A stretch of DNA of 64,000 nt from a virus. Every line of letters starts with the position of its first letter. The stretch's first letter is position 1. A model generated the notes under the pieces. That model was not told the DNA's origin. It did no database searches and worked only from the letters and a program-made list of their open reading frames with translations. Of this stretch, positions 1-9,100 are shown in pieces. Location of the stretch: positions 120,089 to 184,088 of the IMG/VR virus record IMGVR_UViG_3300027736_000020; one strand, written 5' to 3'. Position numbers and translations under genes: made by a program.

Positions 1-2741
1 CTTTTTTGAGCACTATCGCCGCCACGTGAAGCGATTTTTATTTTTTGTTCTGCGTTATACTCCTGTTTTGTTTTAGAAAGTGAATCAAGAATATTTTGTG
101 AACTAATTGATGTTGAATCGAGCAATTCAATAAAATCTTTTTCTGATGGATTTTTTGGCTTTCCTCTTTTAAAAACTGTATATTTTGAATTTTCTCTTGT
201 TTCTTTTATCCATTTCTCAATTTTTTCTTGTAATTCTCCTGCAAGATTTCCTTCTTCGATTTTTCTTTTTAAAAGAACATACTTGTCACCATCACTATTG
301 TGCTTTTCCCAAGCACTTATTTTTTTTCTATCTTCTATTTGATCTTTAAGTGCTCCATGATTTGTCCCTGAATTTGAGCGCAAAAATGACGCAATATATT
401 CGTCATCGGTTGGTTCGTCATTCTTGAGTTCAAAATCAGGATTTTTTATTTCATCCGCTACTTCATATGTGACTTGCGATATGGGAGTTGGCGGAGCTTT
501 TTTCCAAAATGGACTAGTGGCAAAAAAACTTTTTTTCTGATCAGGATTCAGGCCATTAAGAGTATCGTCGAAATTTTTCGTTGATTTGTACAGTGATCCA
601 TCTGGATTTTCTTTGTATATGAGAACGTGCATTTTAGTAAAATCATTTTCAAATTTTACATGAGCAAACATTGTTTCAACACCTGTTGTTGGTGGCCTAA
701 GTCTAAAGAATAAGCTGCCATTTTCCATTCGAATAGGGTCAGTTCCTAATTCCGGCGGTTCTGCAACGGAGAATTTTGACACATCAGAGGGAATGTCTCT
801 ATGAATATCTTGAAAAGCTCCTGCTGTTCCAATTGGTTCAGAACCATCTGGAAAATATTCGCGATCATTGCCTGCTATAGTGGTTATTCCGGACGTTACG
901 GTGACCCTTCGCCCTGTTGCATCAACAGGAGCAACTATTCCGGGCTGCTCCCTCATGTATTGAAGTGCTTTCTTTTTGATTGTTTCAATATCTGCTTGTC
1001 CATTTCCATTAAAAGTCAAAAAATCTACAAGTTTTCTAGCATTTAATGTCCAAGTTCCACCTTTATGTCCAGACAAATTTCTGTTTTGAAAATCGCTCAA
1101 AGACTCCTGTTCTGTTCCCGGAGCAAAGATTCCATTATCTTCTGCATTTCCAAAAGCTTTTAATATGTCATTCCTTGTCTTGTCAGGAAGACTTGAAAAT
1201 GCATCTTTCCACTTTTGTTTTTCTTCGTCAGTTTCAAATAGTTTTCCAGGGGTAGTTTTCCATTTCGTATATAGTTCTCCAAAAGAAAGACTGCTGTTTC
1301 TTCGAGCAGCACCTAGTTTTTTTATTACTTCTTGATGCCATCTTTCAATGTTTTTCTTAGCATTAGGCCATCCAAAAACCCCTCCAAATGGCAGTGCAAC
1401 GCCAATGTTTCCATTTAATCTTGTATCGGCTTCCGTTGCCATCATTGATTTGCTTACTGCTTGATTCCTTAATATTGATGCATTGCTCCAAGCTTCAGTA
1501 ACTTTTCTTGCAAGATTAGATATGTCTTCTGAATCGCTATCCTTTGCCGGAATTAAATTGTCAAGTATTTCATTGAGATGTTCCTTTCTTAGAGACCCTT
1601 GTACCCATATACCATCTTCGTTTTTTTCAAATCTATCAGCGTGAGAAAGTATTTTGTCCTTATTGTCATCAGTTAATGCTGCTGAGTCCAGCAATCTCTT
1701 AAAGTCTTCGTGCTTATACAGATCAGCAAGGTGCTCGCGAACGGTATTCGGGTCAATATTCGACCCTTCGGTTGCTTCTGGAAGAGGAGCCAACAAACTG
1801 TCATCATGCCCTATAAAATGATGCAAAGGAATTCCCAACAGGCTTGTTGGTTTATACAAATGATCAGTTAACTTTTGATGGTTTAAACTTAATAAACCAC
1901 CTTTACGTCCATTTCCTTTTTCCCAACCAAAAAAAGTCTTGAGAAGTTTTTTGGTTCCATCAGTCATCGAATGCCAATAAATATGTTTTTCAACCTTGTC
2001 TTGATCGGTTCGTACTTGGGTTTTTTCTGGATCAAAGCCGTTAATTGGACTAAACCCAATAAGACCAGATGCAGAAACAAAAACACGTTCTAAAATGCCT
2101 TGACTTATTGTTTTCTTTCCAAGATCAATTATTTTTGTTGGGAAACCTTCCGAATGAATGAACTTCATTGGTTGTACTTCCATTAGTACGCTTCCACCAG
2201 CATGAGCAATGGACTTGTCTGATTCTGGTCCGTGTGTGTCAATTGTTCCATCTTCAATCGGAGGATATGTTGTCTTGGGAAATTTTACAAATCTTTCAAC
2301 TAGTCTTTTTCCTGTGTTAGTTATCCTGTTCCATATGCCACGTTGTTCCGCTTGTTCTGGATGAGCAAGTCCTATTTGATCTCTGGTTAGCTGTACTCCA
2401 TCTGCGGAAATTTTAGTAACTTTTGGATGTAGTATTCTAGTCATAACATCGGTTTGTTGTGGCTCAGAAGCCAAATGAGTAACATGAATTCCAACTGTTT
2501 CTCCAGCAATGTTTACATGATTACCAATATGCGTTAGTAGTCCTTTGTTGGTATCAAGAGGATGAACAGGACCTGATAATTCAACGTTATGAATTGGAGC
2601 ATCACTTTTACTAAGGTCATCTGCGTTCAGTTCCAAATCACTTGCTCTGTTAGGTATACTTTGTGATTTGAAAAATAATCCAAATTTTATTTTTTTTGAA
2701 GAGAAAAAATCTTCGTAGATGCTTTTCTTAAAAATCAGCAT
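1..2741 (-). CDS. Large hypothetical protein (>913 aa, runs off the window start), putative virion-internal protein
   Basis: Not in the ORF track. Manual translation from ATG at 2741 (MLIFKKSIYEDFFSSKKIKFGLFFKSQ...) found no stop, and the frame matches at the window start (...SRGGDSAQK). The start overlaps the stop of 2735..3229. Confidence 0.85.
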   Translation of the reverse strand, partial: MLIFKKSIYEDFFSSKKIKFGLFFKSQSIPNRASDLELNADDLSKSDAPIHNVELSGPVHPLDTNKGLLTHIGNHVNIAGETVGIHVTHLASEPQQTDVMTRILHPKVTKISADGVQLTRDQIGLAHPEQAEQRGIWNRITNTGKRLVERFVKFPKTTYPPIEDGTIDTHGPESDKSIAHAGGSVLMEVQPMKFIHSEGFPTKIIDLGKKTISQGILERVFVSASGLIGFSPINGFDPEKTQVRTDQDKVEKHIYWHSMTDGTKKLLKTFFGWEKGNGRKGGLLSLNHQKLTDHLYKPTSLLGIPLHHFIGHDDSLLAPLPEATEGSNIDPNTVREHLADLYKHEDFKRLLDSAALTDDNKDKILSHADRFEKNEDGIWVQGSLRKEHLNEILDNLIPAKDSDSEDISNLARKVTEAWSNASILRNQAVSKSMMATEADTRLNGNIGVALPFGGVFGWPNAKKNIERWHQEVIKKLGAARRNSSLSFGELYTKWKTTPGKLFETDEEKQKWKDAFSSLPDKTRNDILKAFGNAEDNGIFAPGTEQESLSDFQNRNLSGHKGGTWTLNARKLVDFLTFNGNGQADIETIKKKALQYMREQPGIVAPVDATGRRVTVTSGITTIAGNDREYFPDGSEPIGTAGAFQDIHRDIPSDVSKFSVAEPPELGTDPIRMENGSLFFRLRPPTTGVETMFAHVKFENDFTKMHVLIYKENPDGSLYKSTKNFDDTLNGLNPDQKKSFFATSPFWKKAPPTPISQVTYEVADEIKNPDFELKNDEPTDDEYIASFLRSNSGTNHGALKDQIEDRKKISAWEKHNSDGDKYVLLKRKIEEGNLAGELQEKIEKWIKETRENSKYTVFKRGKPKNPSEKDFIELLDSTSISSQNILDSLSKTKQEYNAEQKIKIASRGGDSAQK

Positions 2742-3229
2742 TTTCCACCTTCTTCAGGGACTTTCCCTTTGACTACTGCCCAATCAGGAATTTGAATGTT
2801 TTCTTCTTTTAATATTCTATGAAGCATGCTATTTTCTTTTCTATATTCAACAAGCATTGTTCCCATTTCTTCTATTTGTTTCTTGAGTTCTTTTATTTCT
2901 TTTTCATAATCGTTTTTCATTAAATCCATTTTTACTTCGTAATGCAATGTCAATAATTGCATTTCTTTCTTTAAGTTCTCTAAATCCTTGCGTATTTCGT
3001 CTCTATAAGAAGTGTTTGCGTCAACAATGAAATTGATTTGATCATTAAAATTTTTATTTGATTCTTGTTCCTTTTTTTGAGAAATAATTAAATCAAGAGC
3101 ATCTTTTTGTTTTGATTTTTTGAAGTATTCTCGAATCACATTCACCATAATTGTGATTAAGATTCCAGAAACCGCTGAAACAATTGAAACAATTTGTTGA
3201 GAATTAAAAGAAAAATCTTCATCAATCAT
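2735..3229 (-). CDS. Membrane-anchored coiled-coil protein
   Basis: N-terminal hydrophobic segment IVSIVSAVSGILITIMVNVI followed by a heptad-rich E/K/L region. Confidence 0.7.
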   Translation of the reverse strand: MIDEDFSFNSQQIVSIVSAVSGILITIMVNVIREYFKKSKQKDALDLIISQKKEQESNKNFNDQINFIVDANTSYRDEIRKDLENLKKEMQLLTLHYEVKMDLMKNDYEKEIKELKKQIEEMGTMLVEYRKENSMLHRILKEENIQIPDWAVVKGKVPEEGGKC

Positions 3230-3741
3230 GTGGGATTTTCATCTTTCAGCCTCATATTTTCATAACTAACTGGTTCTGATACATTTGACAGTCCTAATCG
3301 TTGCACCAATGGATTTTTTTCAATTTCATTTGATCTTGTCGGAGCCCAAATATCTCCTCGACAAGGCATAGGCAAAGGGAACATTGCTTGTTCTTGTTGC
3401 GGTACAATTTGTCCAGCACTATTTCTTATAATAGAAGAAGGTTTCACTGGCATAGGCATCAATATGGATAATGATCGTATTGCGGACATAAGTATTGTAC
3501 AATTATTTTTCTTGGCGCAATTTCCGCAAGACTTTTCTGGCATTTTTGGCTTTGATCCATGAATTATTATGTCAGGATCATCTTCTGGTTGGGAATAATT
3601 TGTCAGTTGAATTCTCATTTGTTTCACCACTCGGCATGATGTATCATCATAACACAGGAACATGTCAAACTCATGGCTTTCAAAAGATTCAGTGATATTC
3701 GGAGACAAAAATGCCACAATCTTTACGATTAAAAAAAGCAT
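3226..3741 (-). CDS. Hypothetical protein with CxxC motif (true start possibly later)
   Basis: ORF track; SCGNCAKKNNC; stop overlaps the next start. Confidence 0.55.
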   Translation of the reverse strand: MLFLIVKIVAFLSPNITESFESHEFDMFLCYDDTSCRVVKQMRIQLTNYSQPEDDPDIIIHGSKPKMPEKSCGNCAKKNNCTILMSAIRSLSILMPMPVKPSSIIRNSAGQIVPQQEQAMFPLPMPCRGDIWAPTRSNEIEKNPLVQRLGLSNVSEPVSYENMRLKDENPT

Positions 3742-4649
3742 TAAAAAATTTAAATCACAGTAATTTGTTGCTTGAAAACATTAATGAGCATTTAACAATT
3801 TCTGTTTCTGGTGAAGAAGATCTTGAAAAAAGCCTTGGCAAGAACAGGGCTCCACAAAAACGTCCGACAAAAATCACTTCTTCTGCAGCATTTGAGGGGC
3901 ACATAGGAACTGGAGTTCGCCCTTCGGCAAAATCAACCATGGCGAACAAAATCATTTCCTCCCTTATGGGAGGATCATCCTCACCTGCCAACGGTTCCTC
4001 GCCATTTCCTGCGATCACTTTTTCTGGACCATCAAAATCCCTTGGAGAATCCAAGGAAGACTGGCAATCTCATCCTAACTGTTCCGTTGGATCATTTGCT
4101 TTTATTCAACATCCATACAAGCATCAACAACCCGTTTGGACACGAATCATTTCAATAGGAAAGCATGGAATACAAGCAAATGAAACCAGTGGACATACGC
4201 ACAATGTGCGATGGCCACACATTCTGGATATTCAGCCTGTTATTGGTCATGGCATTCATCCTGCTGAAGACAAAGAAGTAGTCATTGATTTACACAAGAT
4301 GGGGGCACCACTTGAGCACGATAGCAAATTGTCTCATGCAGATTTGATGCATGCTGAAGAATATCTTCGTCAATTGAATCTTCCAATAATATCAGATCTC
4401 ATTCATGGAGAATTGGAAGATTCAGGTTCGGCATACGATGAGTTAAGAAATATTCATGCTCCACTTGATCCAGTTTCCATGACTGAAGATACTAGTGGCA
4501 AGAACAGCGTATTGCCTGCGCATTTGCAGGAACTCATTGATGAGCTTTCTTCCATGGGCAAACCCATTGACGTTGAAAAACTTTCCAAGCTTCCCAAAAA
4601 AGATATTTTAAAAGTTCTTGAATATTATTTTAAGGATTCAAATATATGA
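3711..4649 (+). CDS. Hypothetical His-rich protein, possible SH3-like module
   Basis: 312-aa ORF; segment IISIGKHGIQANETSGHTHNVRWPHI; LKKA and LEKS motifs near the N-terminus. Confidence 0.7.
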   Translation: MPQSLRLKKALKNLNHSNLLLENINEHLTISVSGEEDLEKSLGKNRAPQKRPTKITSSAAFEGHIGTGVRPSAKSTMANKIISSLMGGSSSPANGSSPFPAITFSGPSKSLGESKEDWQSHPNCSVGSFAFIQHPYKHQQPVWTRIISIGKHGIQANETSGHTHNVRWPHILDIQPVIGHGIHPAEDKEVVIDLHKMGAPLEHDSKLSHADLMHAEEYLRQLNLPIISDLIHGELEDSGSAYDELRNIHAPLDPVSMTEDTSGKNSVLPAHLQELIDELSSMGKPIDVEKLSKLPKKDILKVLEYYFKDSNI

Positions 4650-5068
4650 CATTTCAATCATTTATTGAAGAATGGGAAATAATGCTCCCTGATGGAACAA
4701 TTATACGCGACGAAATACAATATTCCTATGCGATGAGTCCAATAGGAGTTGAGATTGTTCCTCAAAAAAATCGCAGAATAATAACTAGTCCTGAAGGAGA
4801 AGAGGAATATGTTCCTGTTCCTGAGGATTATGAACAAAATCGCGTTGATCTTTGTGAGATTAATGATAAATGGAAAAAGCAAAATGAAAAATATTTTGAA
4901 AAACATGAACACAGAGAAAAGGATTATCTTGAATACAGCAAATGGATAAGTAATAATCTTAAAGATTCGTCTTTGACAAGTCTTTTGATGACATTTGCTC
5001 CAAAATCTTCAAGCGTTTCAGGAATTAGTGGATTATTGCTGCGTCACACACAGAAGGAACAAAAATGA
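4646..5068 (+). CDS. Hypothetical protein
   Basis: ORF coupled to neighbours by ATGA overlaps. Confidence 0.7.
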   Translation: MTFQSFIEEWEIMLPDGTIIRDEIQYSYAMSPIGVEIVPQKNRRIITSPEGEEEYVPVPEDYEQNRVDLCEINDKWKKQNEKYFEKHEHREKDYLEYSKWISNNLKDSSLTSLLMTFAPKSSSVSGISGLLLRHTQKEQK

Positions 5069-5235
5069 ACTGCTCACACTGCGGCGCAAAAGCACACACC
5101 CATGTTTTGTGGATTATTCCCAAGGAAAATATTCTCCTGAAAGACAAAAGACTTATTTGTGAGGATTGCATTCCAGCCTTGAGAAGCATCTACGGAAAAA
5201 GAAGCGACAGGCAAATAGAAATTGAAAAATCTTGA
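5065..5235 (+). CDS. Small zinc-finger-like protein (56 aa)
   Basis: Below the track cutoff; MNCSHCG...ICEDC; ATGA overlap with the upstream stop; AGGA upstream. Confidence 0.6.
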   Translation: MNCSHCGAKAHTHVLWIIPKENILLKDKRLICEDCIPALRSIYGKRSDRQIEIEKS

Positions 5236-5268
5236 TCATGGCAAAGACATAGTTTATCTATAAAAAAT

Positions 5269-5277
5269 TGCTATGAT
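5269..5277 (+). promoter_or_regulatory. Putative extended -10 promoter element
   Basis: TG-C-TATGAT about 16 nt upstream of the ATG at 5294. Confidence 0.35.
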
Positions 5278-5293
5278 AAACAAAAGGTAGAAT

Positions 5294-5659
5294 ATGAACA
5301 GAGAAATAAGAAATCTTGTTGAAAAATTGGCAAAATCCAATTTGAAAAAAGAACACGAAAAATCATTCGTACCAAAAGGAAGTATTCCTCGTGTCATGCA
5401 CGTGGATTCATTTTCTGATAACACTCCTGATGTTTCTCATGTTCGCCATGGTTCCATGTTCATGATTACTGTTCATTTAAAAAATTCTCCTCTTTATGGA
5501 AAAACCTTGTTGCTTCAAAAATTAAAAAATGGATTTTACAAGTTAGTCACCGAAGACGGAGAAAAAGATTCACATGGTCCACAAAAAATTATTGTAGACA
5601 TGGAAAAATCTCTTGTCAAGTATATGAATAAAAAAGGTGCAAAAAAATGGCAAGAATAA
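5294..5659 (+). CDS. Hypothetical protein
   Basis: 121-aa ORF with LAKS, HEKS and MEKS motifs. Confidence 0.7.
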   Translation: MNREIRNLVEKLAKSNLKKEHEKSFVPKGSIPRVMHVDSFSDNTPDVSHVRHGSMFMITVHLKNSPLYGKTLLLQKLKNGFYKLVTEDGEKDSHGPQKIIVDMEKSLVKYMNKKGAKKWQE

Positions 5660-6111
5660 AACACGTAAAAATTCATGGAAAAACTCAACTAGTTAAATCT
5701 GAACCCAGTCTTCTTGATGTATATTTTTTCGATGGACAAGAAATCTTGACGAAAGCACAGGACCGTCCTCATGTATCTCCATCTGCAATGCAGATAGCGC
5801 AAACTCCCGCCTTTTTTCGAGGCAAAAAATCTTCACAGTCAAGAAAAACAAAATCTGTAAAAAAATCCATTGATGAAATCAGCCTTCTTGAAGTATTTTC
5901 CGGAGATGTCATGAACAAATCAGAAATTACTGTTTCTCCATATATTTTGAATACTGCAGTAAATTCAACAACACTTATTCCAAAAAGCATGAGCGACAGA
6001 AATCTGTATGGCACAAGATTAAGAAGAAGGAAAAAAAGGCCGGAAACTCAAGGACCTCAAATTCAGGATGCAACAGAGGACTCTATTGTTCCACCTGCGC
6101 CAATTTTCTAA
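5647..6111 (+). CDS. Hypothetical basic protein
   Basis: 154-aa ORF overlapping the upstream stop. Confidence 0.65.
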   Translation: MARIKHVKIHGKTQLVKSEPSLLDVYFFDGQEILTKAQDRPHVSPSAMQIAQTPAFFRGKKSSQSRKTKSVKKSIDEISLLEVFSGDVMNKSEITVSPYILNTAVNSTTLIPKSMSDRNLYGTRLRRRKKRPETQGPQIQDATEDSIVPPAPIF

Positions 6112-6129
6112 AAAAGACTGGAAATCCAA

Positions 6130-9100
6130 ATGGACACAAGATTATCAAAGGCAAGAACAACAAGAAAACCTGCTCCTGCTAATGGCAAAAAAGACAGCAC
6201 TAACAAAGCGGATAAATCCAATGACAAGGTAACTACTCAGCCTTCTTTTATTCCTCCAATAACTTCTTCGGGAGAAAATACTGGGACAACAAGAGGACCG
6301 AATAACGACCCAGTGAATAACGCCATTCGCGCAGGACAGTCAAGTTTTTCCAATGGATCTTCTGTGTTCGCTGGTGGAATCCCTTTGGGAGATATTTTAT
6401 CATTGCCGGGAATTTTTTTAGCAGATACAGTCAGAAGAATGGTTGTTGGGAACAGATCAAAAAATCCCAAAGAAGTTGAAGTTCCTAAAACTGAAGTTGT
6501 TGGACCTGAAGCTCCTAAAACTGAAGTTCCTAAAGTTCGTGAAGCAGAAGCAGTAGCAAGACCACGAGGACCAACAGGAATTTCAGAACAACCTGTTGGA
6601 AAACCTCCTGCAAATTTGAGCCGTTACGAAGGAACATATGCCAGAGAATTGAATGAATTGGATTCAACAGTTAATCGAGGATATGTAGTGAATCCCGAAA
6701 CAGGCGCATTGACACCTCGCGGATTAGCACCAGTGAGAGAACCAGTGAGAGAACCTGTAAAACCCTCTAGTAAGCCTGCAGCTGCAAGTAAACCCTCTGG
6801 TAAGCCTGCTAACTCCGCTAGTGCAAAAATGGAAGGTTTTTCCGGCGCTGGAGGAAAGGCCATAAGCGCTTTAATGGCATACGACATGGTTAATGCAATT
6901 ACTGATATTAGTTGGAATACCATTCAAGATGCTTTAAACAATAAAACACCGGGAGACAGGTTAAATTGGGAGAGAAATAATATTGCCGCAAATGCTATTG
7001 ATCTTGCAACAGGATTTGCTCGCGACACAATGGAAAACGGAGATCTGACACCGGGTCGTGAATCACGATATAGACAAGCGAGAATAGATCTGGCACAAAA
7101 GCAGAAACCTGTTATGGATGAAATTTCCAATCTTGCGGATATATACGAAAAGAGAGAAAGAGATCTTAGCTCTCCTACGTACAGGCAAGCTTTGGCTCTT
7201 GGCGGATACTTGAAAATTGACAAAGACGGAAAACCCATTCCTTTGGAATCCTATGTCAATTCGGAAAATAATAAAAATCCCATGGATCAACATTCACGGC
7301 AACAGGATTTGGCTGAAACTCCCGGAAATCATTTCATTGGCCCTGTTCCTTCGCCTTCAGAAATAAATCAAATGATTAGAGACGGAAAAATAACTGGAAA
7401 TACTAAAGCTCCCGTTCGTCTTGTTCCCACAGAAGATGATCCCAATTTTCCCGGTTTTTGGGACAATATTCTGGCTGGAGATGTTCCCAAAGCGTTAAAT
7501 GCAGCAATGGCTCCATGGTCTAGGGTTGGAAATGAGCTTGGAAAACCAGAAGTAACGAACGAAGGAAAAATAGTTCCAACAAACAGATCCGGTAGTACTC
7601 TTGCAATTGTTCCTAGGGATGTAGAAGATAAAAATAGTTTTCGTGGACTAATACCATTCATGAATAATATTACCGCAAAAAGAGATAAGAGAATCAAGCA
7701 AAATACATATTATGATGGAATGAATTTAGGAGGAGATGCAGTAAAGGAAATGCTTCCCGGTGGACCTCAGGCTATTTCTCCTGTAGAGGCAAATACATTA
7801 AATTATATAGAAAGATTAAAAAGAAAAAATAAAATTGTTCCTAATTTGCCTGCAAGAGAAGGAATAGATGATTCATACGACTATCCTGATGATTTAAATC
7901 CAAATGAAGGGCTTTCTTCGGATTTAACGCGATCTATTTCTTCCAATGCAATGGCAAATTCATTGCTAAAATCGTATTCCAAAAAAAAAATATTAAAAAA
8001 AGCTTTGGTAAGCAGCCAATACAAAAAACCTTCAACGAATGAAGAACCAATTACCACAATAAAAGATCCTCCTAAATACAAAGCACAACCAGTGACTGAG
8101 CAGAGTCCTGCAGGCACGCCAATGCCTGACTACATCATTCCCAAGGGAAAAGGAAAAGCTTATAAAGACATTGTCAGCGGTGGTATCGAACCATATCCAA
8201 GAGAAACAATTGCAAGCGCGACGACACCGCGCACTCTAGAAGAAATACAAAGTGATCCAGTCCGAATTACTGTCACAAGAGGACCGGATGTAGGCGCACA
8301 AAAATTACCTCCTTCATCTCTTCCAAGCGTGCAACAACTTGCCGATTCACTATTTATTGGGTCTGGTGCTGCGCCAAAGGCAACAATTGGAAAATTTCCC
8401 AAAAGCCACTTTGATTATACTCCCGGAGGCAAAAAAACTATATGGAATCCTCAACAGTTAACAACACATCCTGATGCGTTTAATGGTAAAGAAAACATGG
8501 CTACGGACATGGAGGCACTTACAGGTACGGCGTATCCAATAGCAATTGATTCCCAAGGATCTCCATTGCTTGGGGATCATTTAGGTCATTCAGCAGATGC
8601 TCCTGCAGTTATTCCTCATGGATTTTTTTCTAAAACAGCTGACGGTCAACTGGAAAGACTGCCTGATCAAGCATCATGGTATGAACTTCCAAAATCCACA
8701 TTGCTTTATAAAAAAGGCGCAGGGAAACAAGAAGTTCTTGATCCTCAATCTGGAGATCCGGTAACACATTTAAGGTATTTGGGAGCTGTTACAAGAAAAG
8801 AAACAAGAGCAAGGACAGGTGCAGATTTTGCTGAATTTCCTGGAGCAGTGATAGATGATGCTAATTTTCGTGTTCCAGTTACTGGAATTCAGACAAAACA
8901 CGTTGAAGGTTCTTTGTCTTGGCTGTTTACCAATATTTTTCCAATTCCATTATCCGGTGCTAGGCCAATATGGGTAGAGCAATCCATTGATGACATCATT
9001 GCTACGCACATAAGAAAATTTGGAATTGATAAAGCTCCTGATTTGAGCATAGAAGATATAGAAAAGCAAACTCTCAAAACCCCTGTTGATTCATTTCGGG

